Below, one piece after another: positions 23,593 through 34,550 of a stretch of 64,000 nucleotides of DNA. The position numbers and the translations under genes were made by a program. This stretch comes from Adineta vaga (taxonomy: Eukaryota > Animalia > Rotifera): assembly GCA_021613535.1 (NCBI GenBank), contig CP075492.1:434001-498000 (forward strand). Reading direction: 5' to 3'. A model generated the notes under the pieces. It was not told the origin of the DNA. It saw nothing but the letters and a program-made list of their open reading frames with translations, and searched no databases. Positions within the stretch are counted from its first letter, which is position 1; each line of letters starts with the position of its first letter.

Positions 23593-25409
23593 ATGCTTCT
23601 GCGATTTCTTATTTTATTACTTCTGTTTTCTAATGGTTTATCACAACTTCATGACAAACGTCAGCAGGTGATTCATCAGGTCAGAAATCGTCTTCGGACT
23701 TATGAATCCAACAGTAGAACAATTACAAGTGCTGATACGTTGCAGAATAGCAACAAGATTGGCTTGGGTTATGATCTGCTCGGTGGTTCACCCGTATGTT
23801 ATGAAGGTACATGTCAAATGAATGACTTTAAACGTGCAATTTTTAAACTTAAATTCACAAATTCTGTACTCGGTTCATGTACGGACAAATTAGTCCCGGA
23901 CCATATTGAATTAGATTGTCCTGGAGGAATTGTGAAATCCACCAATACTGAGATTATAGAAACAGTGCAACATGTACACACATCAATTTCTAATAGAGTT
24001 CAACTTTCCATCGGAGCGAAATATAAAGGCGTAGGATTTTCATATACACATTCACGGGAGACTCAATATATGGTAGATAATATTGTTAAAAATTATCAAA
24101 GTTCCCTTGTAAGTTAATATTTATATTTTTAATTAATGTTAATATAAAAATATTGTAGTTTACAACAGCTGAAGTCTCATATATCAAACTATCAATGTTT
24201 GAACCATTTATGGAACTATCTGATGCATTTCGATATGTCATAGAAAATATGCCTTGCTGTGAAGAAAATGATTCGGATATTGAAGAATATGTGAAAAATT
24301 TTATTTTTGATTATTTTTGATTTACTTATGTTAACAGTATACTTTTGGGTGGTATTGCACAACAAACTATTTTTATAAATAGAGAATCAAAAGAACACTT
24401 AGAAATGAATGGAATAAATGTTCAAAATCAAGCAACTCTCTCCTTTGATATGGCCATAGGAGGACATATTAGTACTGGTGTTAGTAATTCAAAAAATGAT
24501 TCTAAACATAATACATTTATGAAAGAAGTGCAGTCACTAAAAATAACTACTCTTGGAGGTGATCCTCATTTAATGAATTTATCTGATTGGTCAAAAACTG
24601 TTGCAACAAATCCTGTCATCATTAAATTTGTTATTAAAGATATCTTCAATCTCTTAAATCAACGTTTCTTTCCAAATGATTTATTGATTAAAAATAAGTC
24701 CAGCTTGATAGAAAAGATATTAGACCAACATTTGTCCAGTTCGATTTATTGTTACAAGAACTGTGGAGATAATGGTACTCGAGGAACTTGTGAACCTACT
24801 GGATATTTTCAGTTTGGTATTTGTAAATGCAAACCAGGATGGACTGGCTCTGATTGTGAAACAATAATAATAGAACCTCCAAAAATATTGCATGGTACTC
24901 TATGTGGATTGGATCGTTCATTTATTCGAGTTACCTGTAACGGTGTGCGTCCATGGAAAGGATGTCCGAAAGGCTGGACTTCTCATGTCTGGAAAACTGA
25001 CTTAACTGTTTGTTATAAGAATCAAACTGAAGTTGGTACTCCTGTTTATGGAACCCTTTGTGGACTTCATTCAAGTCATTCTGCGCCTTACAATTTTGCA
25101 CACGACATAGCTTGTAATGCCACTAGGAATGTGCAGTCAGGCACATGTCCATTAGGATACCATCGTTATGGAGTTAACAGGATCGATAGGACTACATTAC
25201 GATCGCTGATTAAAGCTAACGCTGTATGTGCAATTTTGGATGGAAAAGAACATTTATCAGGAACACTTTGTGGACTTCAAATTCAGGGTACTATCAATGG
25301 TCCCTCTTGTAATGGATTTAATCCTGGTTTGAGTCAATGTCCACCTGAATATTCTTTACAATATACAGCTTTCAATGATTATGGATATTTCGTTTGCGTG
25401 AAAAAATAA
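23593..25409 (+). CDS. Secreted MACPF (perforin-like) protein with EGF-like domain and three GTLCGL repeats; one in-frame TGA at 24318-24320
   Basis: Signal peptide, IGLGYDLLGGSP, intron 24109-24158, YF*FTYVNSILLGG at the MACPF signature position, LGGDP...WSKTVATNP, CKCKPGWTGSDC, then HGTLCGL/YGTLCGL/SGTLCGL. Confidence 0.82.
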
Positions 25410-25779
25410 AATTATTATGATTTTTTGAAATAAGAATTATGATAATCTTTCTATCATTCTAATAAATTTAGACTTCAAACAATTATTAACTATATCAGAT
25501 TCTCTTTCTTTTAATCTATGAGTTACAATAAACAGAAGTCATGTATCGATAAATCAAAAATGAATTGTTATTTATTCTATAATTTATTTTTAAATTCATT
25601 AGTAATCTATGATAATAAAATGTTTATTTTGTTAACAGAAACTAAATGAATAAAATAAAATTTCATAAAACTTGTAAATCATTTTTATTTTTTCAAAATA
25701 ATGAAGAAATTCGTTTTATAAAATTTAGCTAAAATTTTGTTTTGTCGATTGATCAATAAATGTTGTATCAAATGAAGCG

Positions 25780-26313
25780 ACTTTTTCTTCCACCGTAATA
25801 TCTTTTGAATTATATTTTACAAACAAATTTATTTCCATCAAGTTTATAATTTTGATTAATTATTTCATTATTCCAATAGTTTATCTTTGTATAAAACAAC
25901 ACTTATTTAAGCTTTTAATAAATCAATTAGATTTTTTTTTGTTAAATCTTCAAATAATTTAACATTATGCCTAACACCTAATTTTGATTCCATTCGATAT
26001 AAAGCTGTTTTTCCTTGAGTATCATAAATTGTAAATTCTTCACCTTTAAAACCACTAATTAAATCTTTTTATCAAATATGTTCGATTAACACATTGAAAA
26101 GAATATATCTTATATTTTAAATGAATTCTTTGTTTGAAATTTATTTTTTTTATTAAAAATAAAAAAAAAGAAGTTAGATCTTTAAGGCAAAAAGTGATAC
26201 AACAGCATTCATTGGTTCATTTTTGATACTTGATAAGATTGATAATCAATTGATAATTCAATAGTTTCATTAATAATTTTCTTGATTTGTTTATCATCCA
26301 GCTTTTCGTCCAT
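25780..26313 (-). pseudogene. Decayed gene, possibly LURP-one/scramblase-like
   Basis: Frame-broken pieces such as GFKGEEFTIYDTQGKTALYRMESKLG with stops. Confidence 0.3.
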
Positions 26314-26442
26314 TTTTTATTTGAAATGACACAGATATTTATCATTAGTATAAAAACAAAATTGAGTTATATTTTTTTATTTGACAATAACAATTGGAAC
26401 ATCATCATTATTATATCGAATATATCAATTAATTAAAAAGAA

Positions 26443-27411
26443 ATGTTTATTCTAAACTATAATATTAAACGATTAAATCTTGAATCAATGAAATGTTTAA
26501 CTGGTTTATGTTATAATATAACATTAGAATCAGATAAAAATATTGTTTTATTAATTGTATCTGATATTCGATCAGCGTTGGGAAATCAGAAGTACCGCTC
26601 GCCGTGCCCACGCACTTTACCCTGGACTGTAGAAGACAGGTAATTTCTGCGCGTGCGAATAGTTAGACCAATTGATTCAATTTCTTTTGCTCAACTATTT
26701 GTTAACTTTCGAAAACAAAAATTCTCAATTCTGTTTTTGGGCGACAAGAATCCCACATTGCTACTCACCGCCCATTATGAGCGACAAAAATCCCATGTGG
26801 ACAGCCACCGCCCACCAGGGCCAACCTTCGCCCACAAGGGTCAAACCCCGCCCACTTTCGCCAAGTCGCGCCCATCATGGCGAACCTTCACACACCTAAT
26901 ATGGGCCACTTTCAGTGTTTCTTTTTTGTTTTTTCGCATAAATGAAGTTTGAACTTTCATCCCGTGCAAACAGACAGACAAACTATTTTATTCCATATGA
27001 CCCTGCTTACAGTCGAGGGAAAATAATATTATTTCAGCACTTCTTCATGATTCATCTGGTGCAGCCATATTATCACAAAAAGATAATTTTATGAAATATA
27101 GATCTTTATTGTCAAATTCTTGGTCATACAGGTGGACCAAAAATATTTCGAGAAATAGAAGATTGTTTAAATTTAGATGATGAACAATTATATGCATCAT
27201 GGTATGTTACGTGTAATTATGGAAATGTTAGTGGATCAAGTAATATTTTGTTGTTGTAGAACATTTTATTCGATGGAAATATTCTCAAATAAAACCATCA
27301 AACGATAAAAATGTGATTTTTTCAAAAGATTTTAATCGTTATAAATATGTTGTTGGTCTTTCATTTGGACTTGGAATTGCTGTTGAATGTGTTTTATTTC
27401 AATTAAAATAA
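26443..27411 (+). pseudogene. Type III polyketide synthase (chalcone-synthase family) pseudogene split by a Helentron/DINE-like insertion
   Basis: IKRLNLESMKCLTG (Cys, 26494), VLLIVSDIRS, NIISALLHDSSGAAIL, HTGGPKIF (His, 27125), YGNVSGS (Asn, 27224; 33 residues after His, as in CHS), VVGLSFGLGIAVECVLF*; deletions and frameshifts. Confidence 0.8.
26590..27022. mobile_element. Helentron-associated non-autonomous (HINE/DINE-1-like) element
   Basis: AAGTA start, short GC-rich segment, subterminal taccctggactgt paired with terminal acagtcgaggg, and a CAGA microsatellite near the far end. Confidence 0.55.
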
Positions 27412-27779
27412 AAATATTTTGTAAAATAAATTTATTCAAGGTCAACATGCCTCTATAGCTCAGTTAGTTCATATACAAAGAAATCTCTTCTAAGTAAAGA
27501 GCGTCCTAGCGTCTTAGCGTCCATCTATATAAGGACGCTAGGACGCTTTGATTATAGGAGAAAAGTATATCCTATAAGCTATTGATACTAAATTCTCTCT
27601 ATAGGTATGAGCGTCCTGGCGTCTTCTCTATTGATAGAACGCTTTGATGTTCTTTGAAATAGTTACATGTCTGAAAAAACAATTTCATTGTTTACTTAAT
27701 TGTTCATTCTTTCTTTTAGTCACTCGATCAACACTGTGACTTCTCCGATAATAATGGTTTTCATTGTTATAATTCTGTA

Positions 27780-28545
27780 GTGGAATTTCTATGTGAACAT
27801 TGCACAAAAAAATTCTGCTACGATCATTTGACTGAACATGAACATATTGAAGAGAATAAAGAAAATGAAACAAAGTAAAAAAATTTGGATCAATTTCATG
27901 TAAAAAAATTATGTTAATTTAAGTTTGAACGCTCCATCTCCGGCTTTATATTTGGACGAAGAACAATTATATGATACACAAAAGTCATCGTCGACTATTT
28001 GTATTTCATCATCATCATTTTCTTGTTCTTGCTCTTCATGCACCTGTATTAATTCAAAAAACTCTACATTAATTAAATCAAATTTAATCTCAGGTTTATT
28101 ACACAGATTTCTTTCATCGTAGAATTTAAAAAAATAATTACTTCTAGGTGAAGCTTCATTGTATTTCCAACCGATCGCTGCATCAACACAAATTAGTTCA
28201 AATGATCATCACTCAATTATTGAATTAGATATGTTGGACGGCAATCATTATTTAATTGATGATGTTCCGTCTTTAACAACAAATAATGAAGAATATATTT
28301 CTCATGTGACGAAAAATGAACCAATGGATGCTTTACCGGCTGGAATTATTTCCAATGATTTCATCTCGACACTGGAATCTTCCATCAAAGAGAATTCAAC
28401 AACAAAAAAACGAAAAAGAACTTTACAAAATGAAAGTTCCATTAAAGAAAACGATGAAAGATTGAATCGAGTAAACTTTTTTTTGAAAGATATTCATACA
28501 TCTAAAACATATGTGGATATATTCGCTTCCATTGCAACTATGTAT
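27780..28545 (+). CDS. Partial multi-exon hypothetical gene with a C/H-rich zinc-binding-like motif, truncated by the hAT at 28546
   Basis: CEHCTKKFCYDHLTEH at ~27794-27841, followed by exon-like ORFs at 27925 and 28159. Confidence 0.35.
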
Positions 28546-29921
28546 CAGAGATGTCCACAGGGCAGGGCGTATTTTGAAATTTTGCCCTGCCCTGTTTTTT
28601 TGCAGGGCAGGGCATGATCGTTATGCCCTGCTATTTTTATGTAATATTTTCTTGTTTTATGATAAACAGAAATGGTGTTTTTTCCCCAATACATCACTGC
28701 GTAGAAAAAGAAAAGCGGCAGATGTCATTAGATGACACTATCTAGTGATGTTGTGTAATATCGATAGATGTTATATCCAATGAAAAACAGTTAAAACAGA
28801 AATTAATAATATTATTAAATCCATTTAAACATATAATGACACTTATTCAGTGCGGAAATGCACCATCCCTTCATCTTGTATCAATGTGCTTCATCACATT
28901 AAAAGAAACATTAAGTTCCTATGAAGTTGTGAAAAAATACAACAAAGAAAATGCTCAAGCTGGTGATGAAGGTATATTTTTAAGAAATTTATGTGTTGAT
29001 GATGATGTAGAACACGAATTGCCAGGTAACTGTTGTTCAAAATTCATTTTTATTTTTCAAAGTTTCTCATTGTATTTATTCAGGTATTGCTTGGTTTCGC
29101 GAGAGATTAATGGTATTATTGAAGGAAATGTTTGTCTTAGATGTTCGACATATAGTTGCAACACTACTTCATCCACGTTATAGATCATTAAAATGATTCC
29201 CTGATCATATTAAAAATCAATGTTATCGTTATGTTCGACGACAAATAAGGAATTTGCAAGGTACGGCTAATTCGAAAGAAAATTTTCAAGATAAATCACT
29301 AGAACCTGAACCAAAGAAATTGAAAAAAGATACAAATATTTTCAGCAGATTCGAATCAGAAAATGATGACGAAGATGTCAAGAATGATAATCATAGTAGT
29401 TCTGGAAGTGATGAGTATGATTTCGATATTAAAAAGAGTGATGAATTAGATCGATATTGATAAAAATACAGATACAACTGATCCATTGAAGTTTTGGAAA
29501 AATTACACAACTCAGCTACCATTCCTTTCTCAATATGCTCGATCTATCTTATCGATTTCTGCTAAAACGACTAATGTTGAACGAGAGTTTTCAACAACAG
29601 GATGGCTTCTGAACCACAGAAGAACAAATTTGAAACCAAGTGAAGTCGATAAAATTCTTTTTGTCAGATCAATGGAGAAACAAATGAAAAAAAATTGAAC
29701 ATTCTTTTTTGTTAATATTTTGTTAATTAAATCTTCATTTTCTTGTAAGAAACAATCTTTTTTGTTCATTATCTCAACTAATAAACTCGGCATTATGATT
29801 AGAAGATAAAGATCATTGTGATATTACAATTTTTATATCTGTTTGATTGATTTAAACATCTTCTTTTCAATTCTTAGTAAAAAGATTAATTCAATACTAG
29901 TTTGCCCTGTGGACATCTCTG
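28546..29921 (+). mobile_element. Internally deleted hAT transposon retaining the transposase C-terminus
   Basis: Perfect 19-bp TIR CAGAGATGTCCACAGGGCA; ATLLHPRY and FWKN...ILSISAKTTNVEREFS dimerization domain; intron ~29026-29083; no TSD. Confidence 0.85.
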
Positions 29922-29957
29922 ATTGGAACCGTTCAAAAGAAAATTTGTCAAAGATTG

Positions 29958-32900
29958 TTAGTGAATTAATGTGGTTGTTTCGACAGTCTTATTTGGATAA
30001 CATCGACCTTTATTCAGTAAAATAACCATGCCACCATATGTTACTCCCATAGCCAGTATGTCTTGATAACCATTACCATTAAAATCAGCGACTTTGGATA
30101 CTACTATACCATCTGTATCTAGAATCGTAGATACTAATTGCGACTGAAAATTTCCTTTTCCATCTCCAATAAAAATAGCCATAGTAAAATAACTATTGTC
30201 AACAGTAGCAATTATGTCTAGATGACCATCACCATTGAGATCACCAATAGAAACTACTGGATATCTAGTAACATTTGCTATGGGAAAAGTGACTTTTGGA
30301 CTCAATGTTCCATTAGCATATCCAAAGAATACAGAGACATTATGATTACCATAAATCTCGCTACCATCAGCATCAGCCAAATAGGTAAAAGCAATGTCAG
30401 GTCGACTGTCACTATTAAAATCGCCAATAGCGAAAAAATATGGACGATAAAAACCTCCAGTAAAATATGTCTGATGCAATTGAAATGATCCATTACCGAA
30501 GCCAAGTGATATACCAATAGTTCTGCTACCATCATTAATGACAGCAATGTCTATGTAACCATCAAGATTAAAGTCACTGACAGAGATCGATTTTGGGTTA
30601 CTATTACGTCCAGTAGAGACTGTCGTTTGAGCTGAAAAACTTCCATTACCATTTCCAAAAAATAAACCAATATTGTTATTATATATATTAGTAACAGCAA
30701 TATCTAAGTGACTGTCACCGTTAAAGTCAGCTGCAGCAATTCCTTCTGCATAACTTCCATATCCTGTTGACCATGTCTTTAATAATCCAAATGTCCCATT
30801 TCCATTTCCAAAGACAACATTCATTGTATTGGCGTATTGATCGGTAAAAGCGAGATCAGGTTTATCATCACTGTTAAAATCTCCAACAACAATTCTACGC
30901 AATATATTAGAGGTTCCTGTTTCAAGTGTCCACCCAACTCTAAATGTTCCATTTCCATTTCCGAGTAATACATTTACAGCATTAGGAGTTGCAGAGAGAT
31001 AAACGACATCAAGTTGACTATCATTGTTGAAATCAGCAACAATGGGTGATCGTCGAATAATAGTATTAGTCATATTTTTTGGATATATCACTATTGAGTC
31101 AAATGTTACATTACAGAACTGAATCTGAAAGGCTAAAGTAGTAAAAACGTATTAGTACTTTATCTGGAACTGATTGGGAAAGAAATTATGCGAGAAAGGG
31201 ATGGTATGAATTTTAATATTTTTAGAATAGTTGTGTGACCCTCTACAATCTATCTGATTGAATTAAATTATCAAATATTAGACTATAGGCACTTGTATTG
31301 ACATCAGAATTAGTACTATAATTTTCCATGCTATAATAAATATTTTCTAATCTCAACTCACGTCGTCAGTACGAAAAATTTTAACTTAATTATAAAGATT
31401 TCCACGGTCAAATAATCATTCGTATTAACAATTTTAAAGGATTGTTTTATCCATTAAGATGTATTGAATGTGATATTAAAAAATTATTTATGGTTAAAAG
31501 ACTCTTTGTATAAACTATGTGTTTGATTTTATATCAAGAGGAGAAATCAAAATGGTCGAGAAAGATTTCACAAAATATTATTAAAATTCTAAGAGAAAGT
31601 CTCATTCTGTAGAAAATAAAACTCTCTTTATGGTTTCTTTTCAGTCGAAAATACAAGTAGTTTCTATGAATTCATTTATTTGAAAGACTAGAGAAATATT
31701 GTATATATACTAACAAGTTGCTGTTGAACTTTTTGTTGATGTTGTTGTTAATGTTGTTGTTGTCATATTTATTTGTGTACTGATACTATTTGTTAAAGTT
31801 GTCGATGATTCTAAAAAAAAATATATATTAGAAATATTCAATTATACACATATCATAAATAGAATATTAAGAAATAGTCAAGATTTACTTTTACATCACC
31901 AAAACAGATTATCGTCGGCAATTAATGATCCATTGTTGAAAGTTTCTCAATCAAATTTTTAATACAAATGTCATTTTCAAAAAATATATTTTCATATAAG
32001 AAGAGTAGTTTTTTTTCTTTCTTCGTTAGAAAACACAAGACAGACGAAATTTAAACGAATGCTGAATTATTTTTATTATCCCAGGTCAAACAATCTTTGC
32101 CGTAGGACTCCGGTGAAATCCGACAGAATAACTATGGCAATTGATAGAAATTCGATCGGAACCGATACTCAGAATCCGACGCAACGATATTCACCTAGGA
32201 TCTTTTAATGCATTTCGTATAAAATCTCTCCCAGAAAACAATCGAGATTATACCCGATTACAATTGCGACTTTGTGGCACAAAAATCTGAATACAATACG
32301 GTATAATCTGCTATTTTTTCCCTGGTATTTGCTAGTCAATATTCATGATGACATCTAGAAAAATAATCATAAAATGATCCTACTTATTGATCCAACTTGA
32401 TTGGTTTTTTGTTGAGCGATATAAATGGAAAATACAATGAGGCCTATTATCACAAATATCATCAGTATGAATCCTAAAAGAGCTTTGAAAGAACATCGAA
32501 TTGATGAAACTAATTTTGTTCTAATAAAAAGAATTATTGATGATGAACAAAATGAAAACAAAGAATTACTGAAATGTTTTATTCACTGGTGTTGATTCAA
32601 TATCACAAGTTGAATTGTGGACATTCATGTTAATATTATCATCAGTCGTGATTTCAATCGAACTATTAGGTTGCACAACATTTATTCTCTTCTTTCGATG
32701 ATGATTTATCTTATCGAGAATTTGAATTATTTTGGGACAAATCAATTTGAGAACAATGGTGAGACCACCATGAAGACTAAGTAGAAGTGTCAAAGTATAC
32801 AGTGGATTAAATTGTTGACTGTATGTATAAGAACACAACAAGGGTAAACATTGTTGATAATAAGATGAATAATTAATTTTTGTTGACCATTCTGCGACAA

Positions 32901-34513
32901 AGAGATTATTTAGAAGTTCAAATACAGTTGCATTTATAGAGAATCCAATCGCTTGTGTTGAGAGAAGAATAGGAGATTTTGTTGAATTGTTAATATTTGT
33001 ATAATTTGTATATTTTTCAATGAGATCAATACATGATCGATCAAAGAAACATTCAAGAGTCGACAGATGAAAAGACTCACTTGGTGTACATCCGATCTTT
33101 AAACCTTTTAAAGGAACAATTTGAGAATAAGCCGCCATATCAATAAAATTTGCTTGACTTGTACAATTTGAATATATTCCACAGAAACAATTATCATCAT
33201 AGGTTAAAGCTTGAGTAGACAGATAAGAACCGAGGGTATACCAACGAGAAATATATACGAAATTGGTTCCATACGTTGACATATAAGCATTTCCATGATT
33301 GATACTTCGAGTTAAGAAAAAGAAATCAGAGAATTTTGTAGGAGTAGTTGATTGCCGCTGTTGAATTAGAAGATCAAGACTTCGATTAAAAGCTGTTTCT
33401 GGTAGAATTTGAGTAGTGATCATTAGTGAAGAAAGAAATTGATTCACAGAATTGTTCACTAATTCAATAGAAAGACGACATAATCCTTGAAGATATTGTA
33501 AATGAGCAGAGAGAAAACGACGATAATCTCTTTGTGAATATGTAGAAAGATTTGCAACGAGACCAGCTGTCAAATTCATTCGCCATTCATCCGAAGAAAA
33601 TGAACTTGAACAGATCTATAATCAATCAAAAAAAGAAAGGAATGAACTTCACTGTCAACTATTTTTCGAAACTTTCACGACGCAACTATTACAAAACGAA
33701 AATTTTCCCAATGAAATCGGCCTAGAATAATGTCTTCTTACCGGATGAAATACTGGTTCAATTTCGACAAATTGATCATATGTCGATGTAATCGATGAAC
33801 ATAAACATTTCAATTCATTTCCATATCGTCGACTGAGTTGATTGTATAAATCGAAAGATGGTTTATTATATATTTTTGTGATAGTTTCAGGTTGAACAAT
33901 GGTAAATAAAGCAAGAATAGTAAAACTGACGAGAAGTAGAACAATGTAAAGACGAGTGGACCATTGACCAAGTTTTGTAGCCCTTCTTCGCTCAATTTTA
34001 CTTCCAAAATCTCGCAAAAGAAATATATTTAAATCAGACAACGCAGTGTATATAAGAGAGAACAAATTTCGAACGGAATTTTTCAATTGATCGGACCATT
34101 TGATGCGAGCTATGAACATAAAAATAAATCTAGTATTCTTCTCCAATCATCAACTAAGCATAAATCTTGAACTATTCAGACAGGGTGCGAGTAAGATGTG
34201 GGTGTTGATATAAAGAATTGACACCCTTACCCACACCCACTCTCAAGATTCTTTCTGGATCACTCATTATGACCTAAGTGAGTCAGAAATGATCCTTTAC
34301 ATTTAAAATATTTATCCCCTTGTGAGATTTCTATATGAAAATTTCATTTAAGAAAACATTTGTAAGTGACTCTTTGGTAGATGCTAAAAGCTAGAGAAGA
34401 CTAATAAAATATATTCTTTCAGATGCTGGTTAAATGGTATATAAAATAGAATTTCCCTATGTAAAAATGATTATTTTCTAATTATGGATAGACAATTGAT
34501 CAACAATTACCCC

Positions 34514-34550
<37 letters not shown>

